A stretch of 64,000 nt of DNA from Epiperipatus broadwayi (taxonomy: Eukaryota; Animalia; Onychophora). The notes beneath the pieces are model-generated. The model saw only the letters and a program-made list of their open reading frames with translations, made no database searches and was not told the DNA's origin. How positions within the stretch are numbered: the first letter of the stretch is position 1; each line of letters starts with the position of its first letter. The stretch spans positions 12,524,001 through 12,588,000 of the forward strand of contig JAQFVV010000007.1 of the NCBI GenBank assembly GCA_028023455.1, read 5' to 3'. The position numbers and the translations under genes are program-made. This document shows positions 1-14,033 of this stretch, piece after piece.

Positions 1-1906
1 TTTGTGCACAATAGTGACTGCTCTATCCTCAATGGAAGATTCTTTTTCACAATTCTTATGATCTCACTTTTGTTGAAATGATAAGTATTTAAGGTACGTA
101 ATTTTGTAACCTGCCATCTGAAAAATTTAGTTAATGTTTCTCCAGGTACTGATTTATACTTCTTCTGAAACATTTGATACAGTATAGCTTCCTGTATGTC
201 CTTATTCCAGAAGATCCTAGTCAGTAAAGTTTTATAATCATCAAAGGTAGATGGGGTCTGAAATAGAGATTACCACCACATCAAGGCATCTCCTTGCAGT
301 GGCTGTAGGCAATTATTATTTTCTCACCCTCAGACAAATTTCTATTTACAGAAAAATACAAGTTTAAACTTCGTAAATATTCTATTGGTGCTTCATTTGG
401 GGCTCCTTTGAACACCTTCAACTTAACGAACTGATTAATTGCATTCATCCGTGTGGAAGGTGTATGAATCTTCATAATTCCTGAAGCATCCTTTTGTGGA
501 TTCATCATATATTGATCAGAATGAGTTTGATATGTTTTTGGAAGAGTGTTCTCTAAATGAACATTGTGGAGGCCATCATCCTCTCCAGTTAAGACATAAG
601 ATGGGAGAGTGGATTCCACATAATGGTTGCTCACTCTTTGTGGATCCTTAACAGCTACTTCTAAATGATTCAGATTAACCTCCTTCTCTTCTTCATGTTT
701 CTTAGTCTTTGTGCTAGCTTCAGTTTGTTGTGTTATACATGTTAGTAATCTTGGGTCTCCTTAAGATCCCCCTATTGAATGTCTTCGATTCATGGACTCA
801 TCCATTCTATCAGCCTGACCCCATATTTCAGCCATACTTTCAGTGAGTTCCTCCAGTCTATTTTGGTGTATAGCAGTTACAGTTTCCAAAGACATTAATT
901 TGTTTGCAAATTGGTCCAACTGTCGATTCAATATATCCTCTACCCCATTGGGTATTTCACCTTCTTTATCTCGTACAGTTGAAAGATGAGCCAATTTGGC
1001 ATAAATGGCTTGAATTTCCTCTTTGATTTCACTTTCTTGCTTCTCTTGACTCTTTTTTATGTTTTCCCTGAAAGTTTCATGGGTCTTATAAACTTCTTTA
1101 AGTTTGGTACTCAGCTGAACCACAATACTATCTGTGAAAACCGTATACCAGTCACCACACTGTATAATCCTTTCGTCCATCTCTTCTTTCATTTTAACCA
1201 TCTCTTGTTTTAGTTTAATGCTGTCCTTTTGTACATTTCCGAATCCTAAAGATAATTGTTACATATTCTTAATCAGCTTTTCCTCAACTTCCTCCATTTC
1301 TGCTTTTGTCCTTGCTTCTACCTTATTCACACCACTTTTCAATTCTTCTCTCAAAAGACATACGTCTTTTTTCAGTTCTGTTTCCAGCTTGTTCACAATA
1401 TCTCTAGTTGCCATACTTTCTAATTTCATATTCATATCTTCCCTCATAGTATTTACTTTATTGCACATACCAGCAATTATCTTTGAATCCATACTATTCA
1501 TGTTTGATTCTAAACTAGTATTTATTCTCACCTCCATACTATTGATATCTGTTTTCATACCATTGATATCAGTTTTCCCTTCTGTTTTCATACCATCTAT
1601 CTTTGCCATCATGCTGTTCATTTCTGCTTTCATTTCTCAAAGCATTTGCATGATGGTCATATTTTCAATATCATATACTGCTTTACTCTCAAGTGCTTTA
1701 GCAATTGGATCAGTGAGGACTTCTTGGGTTTGTAAAGCTCCTTGGCTTTCTTCCAGTCTCTGCGATTCATTCTCATCCATCATAGACCCCCTGGGAGTTT
1801 GGATCAATAAAGACTTCTCCCCATCACTATTATCAATATCACTCTCTCCTTCCACAATACCAGTATCGAATATATCTTCCATCATATTTATACTCTTACT
1901 TTTCAA
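1..1906 (-). pseudogene. Decayed gag of an LTR retrotransposon (probably Ty3/gypsy-like): N-terminal coiled coil plus retrotransposon-gag capsid domain; runs off the window start
   Basis: ORFs 1637-1906, 1259-1633, 761-1201 and 281-634 share one frame and are separated by single stops (TGA 1637-39, TAA 1259-61, TAA 761-63). After a 1-nt frameshift near 295 the reading continues FKGAPNEAPIEYLRSLNLYF...KIIIAYSHC-GDALMWW*SLFQTPSTFDDYKTLLTRIFWNKDIQEAILYQMF...GETLTKFFRWQVTKL...EIIRIVKKNLP, the typical retrotransposon gag capsid pattern. Confidence 0.8.
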
Positions 1907-2762
1907 TAATAATCAACTTCTCAATAACATGTATCCAAATAACTATTCAAAATAACTTTATACTTATTAATATTTAAATACAATGCTGCAAGACTCCTAA
2001 CCACTCCATGTCAACACCTAACTATTGAATGTCTATTTTTTTAAACTGGTGTTTAAGCTTGCCTAATTCATCTAACTTTAATTTTACTTACAAGTTGATC
2101 CCATTTGTTCATTTCATCACATGTTAATCTCTATTTGTTCATTTTATCACATGCTACATTCATCATTTACTCTTAATGTTATTTTTTTTTGACAAGAATT
2201 TTAAATTTCCAAAAAAAAATAATAATTGATATATCTGTTCATCATCATTCCTATTGAATATATATACTGGTCTTATATAACAGAGTATGTCCAATATGGA
2301 TTTAAGATTTAAAGATTAAGGGTAAAATAAAAAACATTAAAAAATATATATATATTTTTTAAATTTCAGTCTAATGGCTGAACCTCCCTTGCATCTAAAC
2401 TCTGTTAAGGCCTAAACATTTTGGGTGCCAGATATAACAGGATGACTCTATCAACCTTACCTGCCATACCTTGTTGCAGCATCAGGTACAATGGATGACC
2501 ATACACAGATGTCCCAATTCAAAATACACTTGGATTACCTTTATCAACTGCAACATCTCCATGCCTAACACATTGTGTGCCAAATATAATGGAACCCACT
2601 ACCCCAAAATTAATGGTGCCAGATATACTCGAACCACAAGTTACACCCTATGATGACACAAATATGACTAAGTAGTTGGATAACTTGGATGAAATGTGTC
2701 AATCCATCCACAACAAGTCATATCCTAAATTTGTGATTTTACAATAATTTTGATGTGTCAGA

Positions 2763-2952
2763 TGTTACAGAATTAGCAATGGCATGTAATAAAGGGAGTG
2801 CATCTCACTACTATCAGATCTGAGCCTTCAAATAGGATGCTACAAAGGTCATGATTAATTGTCCTGTTCCAAGTTGCATCTATTTCAATATACTACCCTA
2901 GAATCTGCTTAAAAGTGGTTCACTGTAACCTAGAGCAGCGCATATTCATACA
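2763..2952 (-). mobile_element. Candidate short LTR (TG...CA) upstream of gag, with a PPT-like tract before it and PBS-like motifs after it
   Basis: The minus strand reads AAAAAGGGAGA (2953-2963), then TGTATG...TGTAACA (2952 to 2763), then TC-TGACAC. The best PBS-like copy is TGGCACCCAAAATG at 2417-2430. No second LTR is available to confirm. Confidence 0.35.
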
Positions 2953-3134
2953 TCTCCCTTTTTAAGCCCAATTACACCACGGAATTTGAACTCAGGGAGT
3001 TCTTACAATCAATTCTCTTCAGGGATAGACCTACTCAATTTTAAATGAATTAGGCTTATGTATAACTATGCTTATGTATAAGCATAGTTATAGGAAAATA
3101 CTGATGATGATCAATTATTTGTTAAAGCAATATT

Positions 3135-3330
3135 TAATGATGATGATCATCATCAAATCTATAGTAATGTAAAAGCATCATGTGATGATGATGATCATCA
3201 AACATAATAATGTAAAAACATAATGTGATGATGATGATCATCAAACCTATAGTAATGTAAAAGCATCATGTGATGATGATGATCATCAAACCTATAGTAA
3301 TGTAAAAGCATCATGTGATGATGATGATGA
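3135..3330. repeat. 45-bp minisatellite, about 4 copies (GATGATGATGATCATCAAACCTATAGTAATGTAAAAGCATCATGT)
   Basis: Directly visible tandem units; one unit is 2 bp shorter. Confidence 0.9.
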
Positions 3331-6300
3331 ACATCTGTTGGTATAAATGCATAGTGATGGTGGTGATGACCAAACAGAGATCAGATTGATTTAAACAACT
3401 AATTTATTAACAACATATATAAAAAATATAACTATTTACAAGCAAGAAATAATAAGACAGATTAATATTTAGTTATAAAAAAAAAAAAAATCTAATGGTT
3501 TCTTTATCATCTTGGTGACTCCATGCAAAAAATAAAAACACAATAGTCGACTCATATTAGATACAACATTATTCTCTGATTCATTAAATATATACATAAC
3601 ACAAGATAGAGAAAATCATAATAAAAGTTCATTACTTATAAAATTACCCCATTAAAATAACTGTTTCAATATTTATAAGTTGAATTACATATATTATTAT
3701 TATGACTGTCCACTCCCATTTATCTATATGTAGGTTAAGGTTATGGTAGAAATTAATGATAGCTAAAGACCATTTATTTGGAAGGATTAGTCGTATATTC
3801 AGAATAAATAAAACTACAAGAAAAGAGAATAACATTGATTAGTATATTGTCTCAAAGTCTTACTCTCAATATTATATGTATAAATTTTACTTGAGATGAG
3901 ATCACCTGGATGAGTTATTGTTGACTTCTAGAGGAATCTAAAAATTTACTTTATTAAAAAAAAGTATATATCTATCTATCTATTAATTAAAGAGAATTCC
4001 CTTTTGAATTTATATCAACAAAATATTTTTCCATCCATTTGTTCACTTTAAGTTGTAGTTGATCGAATTAGAAAAAAAAACAAAAAAAAAACATTTTAAG
4101 CACTCAATAAAAAAAAAAAACAATACATACTTTCAATGAGAAAATTACAAAAGCAAAAAAAATAAATAAATAATGATCACTCATCACGTGAATCCAATAT
4201 ATAGTTTATCTAAATTACAGCAAGCGTTCATTCAAAGAAGATTCCCATGTCCATGGCTAAGAATTCCAGTTTATCAGCTCTGTTATTTTTATTTATACAT
4301 TCTGGATCATATGAATCCATGGTAAAATGTTTGTGGACCAGAATTTTCCAAAATAGACATTCTGAGGACCAATTTTTTGATTTCATAATCAAATAATGAC
4401 CTGGAGATTGACTAGAAAAATCCCAACAGCATTAGTTTTTTTACTCCAAACACATTGAAATGTTTTTTATCTTATCAAACATTGTTTATGATTTATCTTA
4501 ATTATGTCTAAAAATGATTTTAAAGACAATAGTAAATCCTTAGTAGTTTTAGATTTCCTTTTCATTTATATTATTATAAAGATATTTACTTATAGAAGAT
4601 CTTAATTTACAAGTTCAGAAACTATTAATTTTTAATTACAGTTTAACTCCTGGACATTATAAACATTTTTCTTTTAAAAATTCCAAAAAGTTCTTTTTTT
4701 TTTTTAAGAAAATAAAAACTTAACTTTTTTTTTCCCGTTGCTATCTGTTCAAAATCCTGGTCTCTTCTCCTCAACATCGTCTGCTTTTCTTTTCAATTGT
4801 AAAAAGAACTGCTCTTTCATCACATGATTGCTAAAAACATACTATAAACTTGATACAAAAAAATCAATTTACAAAATGTTATTATATTTATTTTATTTGT
4901 ATTATTCTAATTTGATCATCTAACAAGACTTTAAACTTCACATAAATTTTAATCTTTAATTATGTCCGTTTTATCAGTCAAAAAGTATTTTATTTTTTTA
5001 TAAAATTAGATGAATAAAAAAAATAGAAAAACAATTAATTTCTACCAATAAACAACACATTAGTTTGTATGCATATGTTTATTTACATATATATATATAT
5101 ATATATGCACCATGTAAGCAAATAATTTATTTGCTTACTCCCAATAGATAAAAATAATAAAAAAATAATATTTCAACACATTAGTCTATCTTATATGTTT
5201 ACAAATGGATATATCACATTTGTATTTAAGTATGCAGGATATTTTACTTCAAACACATTGGTTTATCTTCACATCTCTATGTAGATATACCACCTTTATA
5301 TAAGCCAGCAGATAAGATTTTAATTTTCTTGGTATGAATTCAAATATTGAAGAAGACATTGGGTCAGGTGTGTAGACCTGTTTTAAGCAATCTCTTACAA
5401 TATATATATAATGAAGCTGTGACATGAAACTGATTTAATAGTATTACAGCATGCTTATAATTGTAAATCTTTAATTTAATATAACGTATATGTATAAATT
5501 TATCCTTCATTTGTTCAAACATTGCATATATGTGTTCAATTCCATGGGAGACCAACATACATATATAACAAAATATTTACGCAGAAATTATTTATTTTTT
5601 AAAAATATTAAGCCGTTCTTATTAAAAAGATATCACCACACATGCACACCTGTTTTAGATTTGCATGGAGATCAAATATAAAATCTTAAAATAAGAAAAA
5701 ATTAAAATACACCTTGGTCAGGAATGTGCACTCATTGCAGCACTATTTTTTAGTTTGCTAGGGAGTTGCTTTTCATTTTACTAGGATGTAAATATTAGAT
5801 TTAAAAAAATAACAAAAGAATGTGAAACTTAAAGATTAAAATTAAAAGTTGTAAACAAACCAATGTGTTTTACACTATAAAACATGGCTTATAGGCAAAT
5901 ATGAGAGGGAAATCAGAAATCTTGTATATGAACCCCCAATTTTCAGCATTCAAAATTTCTCTCATAAAATAATCTAAGCAGTTGCCACCATGAACTATTC
6001 CCATTGAAAATTTGACATGTGGTTAGGAGAGCCCCAACTTTGCCATCTTCCTACAGAAAAATGGTGACTTCCACCCATCCTGCAGGTTACTCAGGAATCA
6101 TCATAACAACCAGCATGGAGGTGTTCAATATCACCAGCTGCCATGAAGACATTGAGGAAGATCATTTATCCAGAGATGTGGCAGTGCCCATTACAATGCC
6201 AAGCAGCTCAGCCTTGAGAAGAAATCAGTAATATTAGTCACTGTAGAGTTCTATAAATCTATCAAACTTAAAATATTTTAATCATTTAAGTATATGAACA

Positions 6301-7244
6301 TTTATAAAGTAATAATTTTTAAGTAATTAAATCTTTGTTTAAAATAAATCTTTAAATGTAACTGTAAAAGTTTTCCTATTAATGTAACTTTAAAAATAAG
6401 TTTTTAAAATTGTAATAACTAAATCATTTAATAATTTAATCCTTTCTATAATCTGTGACCATGCCTATTTTTTATTAATTATTTTATTTTATTTTAAATT
6501 TATGTAATATGTTATTTTATCATTTCAAAGCAGGAAGAATTAATAATATAACTATTTGCAGAGAGAAACTATTTGCAGAGAGATTAGAAGCTCTCCAGTA
6601 AATTGTTTCATTGCTTTTTTAGCCAACATAAATTGCTGCTTTGAAATCTATTCTCACATGTAACAACAGATCTGTATGCATTCATTGTTATATACATATA
6701 TGTTTTATTTAAACTGACATGTATTACCTTCTTAGAGAGATTTGTGCTTATTCTTAAGTATTAGTTAAATAATAGTCAGAGATGATATCATCAGCATATT
6801 TGTAATTAGTAATAAAGGCCTAAAATATGCTTTCTTCTCACTAGTTAATTATAAAGGAATATATACAGATTCCATATATTAAAATTCGATTGCTATTAAT
6901 GAATCCATCTTAGCATGATTAAAATATGCTATTTTGAGAACTAGGTCAATGTAGTTTCTGCTGAATGAAGCTATAGATTTTACCACATTTTAAATTATCT
7001 TAAATATATTAGTATTGTGTATAAGCATTATGAATATGTTTTTACTATACACTATTGTGTATTATGCCTTGCTATGCTTTCTTTAAAATGGGCTCATAGT
7101 GTCAGGTCACCCTATTATTTGGTTTGGACAGCTAGACCTCTAGTACTGGAATATCAGAGTCCTGAAAAATAATTATAGCTGCTCCAACACACCAAACTAA
7201 ATGTTCTTTATTGCACTAGCATGTCAAACAGTCCAAGGGAACTG

Positions 7245-7488
7245 AGTACCATATACTAAATCCTATGAATAACTACACTTTTGTACCACAATCATCAATT
7301 TTTAGAAGCTGAATTTAAACAATTCTGTGTATTCTAAATTAATATTTTGTGAATAAAAACAGACTAGTACCAGATACTGAATCCTATGAATAACAACACA
7401 TTTGTACCACAATCATCAATTTTTAAAAGCAAAATTGAAACAATTCTGTGTATTTTAGATTGATATTTTATGAATAGAAACAGACTAG
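7245..7488. repeat. Diverged tandem duplication of a 121-bp unit
   Basis: AGTACCA.ATACT.AATCCTATGAATAAC...AACAGACTAG occurs twice, starting at 7245 and 7366. Confidence 0.9.
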
Positions 7489-8572
7489 ATATCAAATTTA
7501 CAAATAATAGTTTTCAGATTTTTATTTAATGGACCAATACCACAATTAGACAGACATTGTACAATTTATACAAGTTGAATTCATCAGCTAAAGGGTTAAC
7601 AAGACCCCTTTTGTTGTATATATTAACTTTATTAAATCTGTCCTTGAAGAAGTTAATGATGCTATTTTTTTGCTTATATATGGTTTGTTACTATAATGCA
7701 AGTCATAGGTAGTCAACTCCCTCATTTTTCAAATTACACATTAGTAGAGAGTTTTTGAAGTACCTCTTCTATTTAATCAAATGTTCCACAAATGTAAAGT
7801 ATTTCTGAAGACAACTTCATCCACAAAACAGAATTTAAAAAAATATGCACCTAAAATATATATTTTTCTTCAAATAGTCTACCAATAAATGGAGGAATAT
7901 ATTATTTGAATGATTACCAGCTTTTTTGCATTATTCTTGACTACAGAATATGTTTTAGTTTATTTTCATTAACTTCTTTATACTATTGATGTGTATATCA
8001 TATGGGACAGTGTTTGCAGGTCTTTGGTTTTCCTTTATTCTCCTGCAGAACCTGTAACACAATTTTGTCACAATATTGATTTGGCAATAAAAACTGGAAA
8101 CCAAATATATACATTGATATTTTGGTTTTTAAAAAATCTGAAGGTGTCAGCATTCTCCAATCTCCATTACATGTGAACTATTGGTGACTGTTTGAGAAAG
8201 CAGTTGTGGAATCTCTTAAAAACATCTTTCCTACAATTGTTTTGGTTATATGTTATATTTTTCAGTAATTTCACTGGATATCAATGTTTAAAAACAATTT
8301 GAAACAGAATTATAAATTCTTTATTACCAAATATTGCTTTTCAGTTGATATATTTGAGATAAAAATTTAACATAGTACATTTTTCTTTTTTTCATACATA
8401 GGAATCAATAATTGGTTAACTTACATGATTTTTTTAACCATCCAACTTTTTTTATAAAATATGAAATGTAATCATTAAGTGCATGATTTTGCTATATTAT
8501 GATGCTTGTCATAACGTCACCTATGTATTAAAACTGTTCTCATTTGTTTTGAAAATAATCTTTTAGTCTAAA

Positions 8573-8606
<34 letters not shown>

Positions 8607-11600
8607 CTTCTACATTTCTTATTCAGTAACAAATCAGAATGCATTAATCATTCACTGTATTAATAAAAATTAAAAGGATTCCACAGATAATATGCTATTT
8701 GAGCACATGCTTTTCATATTTCATGATGATTTCATAAATGTACATAGAAATTAGATGCACAACAGTTACAGTTTATCCTTTGATATTTTAAAGATAGAAA
8801 ATTTGCATGGATTATTTGCTTTTATATGTTGTATACAAATGAAAATCAGTAATGGACCAACTAACATTTTTTTAATGATTTAACTACACTCTGTGCATTT
8901 TTAAAACTTTGAAAAGTCTGATATAACTGTTGCAAAATATTAAAAATCATGTATTTTCATTTATTGTAAAGATGCAATTTTGATATAGAAGCATTCTTAC
9001 TGTTATTTTACAATTATTTATGAAGCATATGGATATGTTGAAAATTTTAACTTTTTCATTAAAAAAATTGAAGTGGGGTTATATTTATTAAGAATATGTT
9101 TTTGCTTTCTTGTGATGGTTGATGTGAATATGTTAAAACAGTGGAGTTATTTACAAATTTGTGAATAAAATTTTTTTGCAAAAAAATGCAACAAATTATT
9201 ATATTTAGGAACATATACAGTTGAAAATCAGCAAATATTGTACTTATTCACATAGCATACAGATAAATACATTTTAATCTGATATTTGAGTATTCAATTT
9301 TCCATTAATTAACAAAGGGCATATGGCTTTATTGCTTGAGAGTTTTTAAGAAGTTTGAGCATGAACTTGTGCCAGAATCAATCCTGACATCTCCTGATCC
9401 CAATTTGTATATTCTCCCCACTCTGCTAATGACTTGATTGATTAAGAATCTGTCAAAAGCTCAAGCATTGAAAATAACACAAGTGGACTGTAATCCATAA
9501 TTATCTGTTTCATAATCTGAAAGTATATTATGGCACAAAACTATACATTACTACATTTCACTGCTGAGTGTTTGGTGGAAATTATAATTTTTGTGTGTAT
9601 TTGTGGGACTTCATGACAAGTAATCCTAAAAGTGTTTGAACAATAGAACTTTCTTAATATAAGCATTTTATAATAATGGTATTACCCATACAAACAATAG
9701 AATATTTTATTTTTAATGTAAAAAAACAAAACAACATCAGTGATACCTACTTACAAATAAGTTTGGTCATTCCAACTTTAAGATAAAAATAAAAATAAAA
9801 AATAAAACATAAAAAATGCACACTGGAAATTAGTTTTGCCTATAAACCAATCAGTGAAAGTCAATGATGTACACATATAGAATATGAAGTTCATTGTTTT
9901 ATTTATTTGATATGTCATGATACTGCCTTTTAATGTCCACAGTAAACGGTTAGTTTCAAAAATACTTCAATACCATTTCTAATGGAAGCCCATCATTGTT
10001 TTACTTTATCCTTTGCCATTTCTTTTCAATGAAAACAATCCTCACTTGTACATCTTTTCATTAATTCAATACAGTTTTATAATATAGAGATGGGTTGCCT
10101 TTCCATAAAAGTACTTTTAGAAAGTCTTGCATTCCATTTTGATGTGATTTTATAACATGAACTCTACTAGCAATTTAAAGAATATCTTGATTGGTCTTTC
10201 TATAATTTTTGACAACAAAAAAATGTAACAAGAACTGCATTAAAAAAGTAAAATACCCACTTATAAGAATCTCAACATTCCTGGCCTTCTCCATTTTGAA
10301 AATTATATGTAAACTAATTCTTGGACCATCACAAAACAACACCAAACAACTACTAATAAATTTTATTAAGGAAATCAAAAAGAGGGACAAATCAATAGTG
10401 CCAATGGAAATATTTAAGGCCACATAAAAATTATTTGATTTACCAGATGCCAGTTAACCTGTTTTGGAATCTCATCTCGGATTGGCTGAAGATATATATA
10501 TAGAAACTAATAATATAGATATCAGATCTTACATTGTAAACATTTATAACCACTGAGTAAAATGTAAAACATTAGAATAAAAAAAGTAATCTTTAAAAAA
10601 AAAAAGTAACGTTGTTTAAAAAAAGAATGGAATAATATTTATATGTCCTAAAATCTATACCCAGAAATACTATGAGCAAAATTTATCAGAACAATATTTT
10701 TCTTAGTTGTTTATTATTTAAAATAATATACATTATAATTTAAAACTGCTTCATTACAGAACTAATCATAATAACTCTAATTTATAAGCTGAATACTTTT
10801 TGTCATATAAAAAATTTTTTTCCCTGTACCTATCTTAATACTTGTACATAATTTGTAAATAATATAGTTCATTTTATATATATATATAAAATCTTGCAAT
10901 TATATTTTTAGAATTTTATGAAGCATTTTTAAATGAAAATTTTTAAATTCTTTTATATTAAGTCAGATTTATATATATATATATAAATCTCATAATTATT
11001 TTTTTTCCAAAACGTCTTCTACAAATATTCATATTTACATATTTGGAAAGTAATATTTGGGGGGGGGGGGACTGACGCATTGTTCCTCGGTTGTTATATT
11101 GTTACTGTCTTCAATAAAACAATGTCATAAATTCATATACCGATATATTCACTTTCTCTTTAATTTTCTTTTTTATATTTTATTTTTCTTCCTCTCATTT
11201 TAACTTTTTTCTTTTAACACTTGCTAACGGATTATCACATTTTATGCTTTTTTTTTTATATTTTGGATACAAATAACACATATTAAATTTGTTGTTTCCT
11301 TAGGCACAATTTGATTCACAATACTCATTTCCACTAACTCCACACATGGTGTTGACAGTATAGTTAATAGTGTAAAGAAAAAAAGAAAATGTTATTTCAT
11401 AATTACTCTTTAAATACTCTACACTTTGATTAATAGAGAATTCTGTCTTCAGTAAAAAAATATTATTTTCTACTATATTAAATATTAAATCAAATTCTAA
11501 TGAAAGGACTTAACTAATAATTTTTCACTAATATATTTCAAAAGAAAAATTTGTGATATTTTTGAAATAAAATAGGAAGAGTAAAAATGGAGATATTTTA

Positions 11601-13936
11601 TATATTTTTTTAAATTTTCTATTTATACATATATTATATATACAAATATACTCTATTTTTCGGTTGTTACAAGTGCTTTTCAAATTTCAAATCCACCAAT
11701 ACATAAATTCAGACACTATCTTTCACTCATATACATTTCATGAATAACCTTAGCTTTTTCAGGGAAATAACAATCTTTATTGTGAGCATGTTTCATTTCA
11801 TTACATGACTCTCATGCAAATTAAAGACCATTATTTACTCAGCTTTAATACTTTGTAGAAATTAACGTGAAATGTTAAGATGTTTAATATCTGTATCTCA
11901 CCTGAAGTATGAAGATTGGGCATAAAAAAACATACAAAGTGAAAGAGTACAATACGGTTGAATGGTCACAATATTGTGAAATAGAGATGTGAAATGTGTT
12001 GATATAAACCCATAAGACTATATTTGAGATTAAAAATTATAATACTATACATATTATACTATTATATATAATGTCTATATGGTGTAGTAGTTGCTAGGGC
12101 CTTCACAAACCATGTTCATGAATAGGTTTCAAATTTGGTCTAAGTAGCTTTATTTTTTTTTATTTCAAGCAAACATGGGGGATTTATTAATTAGTCATTC
12201 ATTGCCAATCCTTTACCATCTAAATATCATACAATATATAAATATTTAGCTATTCACAAAATATAAATAAAGATGAAAAACAAATCAAACTTTTATCATT
12301 CAATAGTTGAGAAAACTAGGGGAAAATGTATTCTGCTTTGTAGTTTTTTAAAGAATTCTATTTAATCCATAATGGCTACAACATGATATTGTAGCATAAA
12401 TGCTACAAGTGGTATCCTAAGAAAAGTATTTATTTTATATAATCCTTATTTCGTATTTGTTTTTTAATTATAAGAATTATTTACAATAAACATTAAAATA
12501 TATGTACAAAAATTTTTAAAAAAATATAATCATATAATTGCAAAAAATGGAAAAATAAAATTACATTTGTTTAGCATGATGACAATTTACAGCGGCAAGA
12601 CAGCACCCCAGCAGCACTTTGTTGAAGTTTTGTGTTCTTTTTAAAATTGTGTATAAACTACAAGCAGGACATCAACAGAAATCCCAGCATTCATTGTTTT
12701 TTTAAGGTTCTTTTAAATGGCATATACTTGTCAGAATCTGATAAAATTTGAATTTTTGATGAATTTTTTTGTTAATAGTTCATTTATTTTTTTTATTTTC
12801 TGTTCAGTTTACTACTTTTCATGGAGAAGATATAGGCAAAAAAATTTAAATGACCAAAGAGCTTATGAAAATGGATTTAAAATGTGCCAATAATTCAGAT
12901 TTCAAGCCTTTTGAAATGTAATCAGAATATTGGGTTGTATTAAAAATTTTGATTTTTAATTTATTTCAATAGTAAATTATTTGATAAATGGAAATTATTG
13001 GATAAATGGTATGTTTACATTTGTATTGGTGTCTGTGTATTATATAAATTATATAATATTAAATCATTTATGCTCTTTAATATATGTATATAAATTTGTA
13101 TTGAAATAAAACAAAAGTAGTTTGTAGTTTTGGGGGTCTGGTCTAAGTTTAGACAACCTTATTTTATAGACATAATGATTCTCAAAAGGTTTAATAATTT
13201 ATTTTACTATGTTTATATTTTACTGTCTTTGTGTTTGCAATTGCAGGTCTGTGTTTATATAACAAATAATATATATATATATAATAATTCAAACAAATAT
13301 ATTTAACACAGTATTCAAAATTAAATAATATATATATATTATAGGTATTATAGAGCAGTACAATATAAATTTTAGGACTGATTATCAAATATACAGAAAT
13401 TTTGCAGTTGACAAAGCAATCACAAAATTTACTGGGCATAGTGCCATGTGAAAATATTAACACTTAAAACCAATAAAGAGAGATTGCAAATGGTATGTGT
13501 GTGTGTGTGGAGATGACCAAAATAGTTATGTATATATTGCATGGAATTGTATATAGGCAAATAATTAAATTCTGATTCTTGTCTATGCCTTGGTATTCAT
13601 GCTGTTGAGTCAGAAGTTTTGTCACATCTTGCATCACCTTATTTTCAAGTCTATAGCTAGCAAATGAGCTATATGCAAATAAATTATATCTCTGTGGGAC
13701 AATAAATATAACAAGATAGTGTCACTGGTTTACATAAAGAATATAAACATTCCTAATGTACACAAAAAAGTATAAAATGAAGAGATGAAACTCATTTTAT
13801 CAATGATACAAACAGTAGCCTACATTTTTTAATTTTAGATAGACAAGAAGCCAATTGCTATAATAACAAATGCATATCTATCTTCTGGAAATGATTTGTT
13901 TTGTATATTTTATTAAGATGAATCTTTTTTTTATAG

Positions 13937-14033
13937 AGGCCTTTGAAATTTGGTAACTTTTGGGGTACAAGATAAAAATGAAGAATTCATATGTGAATTG
14001 TTTTGGAGATTCTGAAGATGTGGATTATCTCTG
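13937..14033 (+). other. Candidate host-gene exon (possibly a first coding exon, MKNSYVNCFGDSEDVDYL-)
   Basis: Polypyrimidine acceptor tctttttttt-atag before 13937 and a strong donor CTG|gtaaga at 14033/34. There is an ATG at 13978 with an open frame to the donor. No partner exon or homology was recognised. Confidence 0.25.

Noticed and set aside
1134-1955. 273-aa plus-strand ORF (and 986-1213)
   Set aside because: Antisense shadow of the gag coiled-coil region.
4240-4400. Minus-strand open frame with KHFTMDSYDP, vaguely THAP-like
   Set aside because: The required Cys/Trp/AVP residues are not in frame; the similarity is too weak.
6019-6231. 70-aa ORF in a locally GC-richer patch
   Set aside because: No motifs or convincing splice context; more likely an old repeat remnant.
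7588-7599. AAAGGGTTAA, a piggyBac-like end
   Set aside because: No matching TTAACCC left end was found.
10480-10525. CTGAAGA-(TA)5-GAAAC hammerhead-like string
   Set aside because: No G-U-H triplet pairing with GAAAC and no stem I; likely chance next to a TA run.
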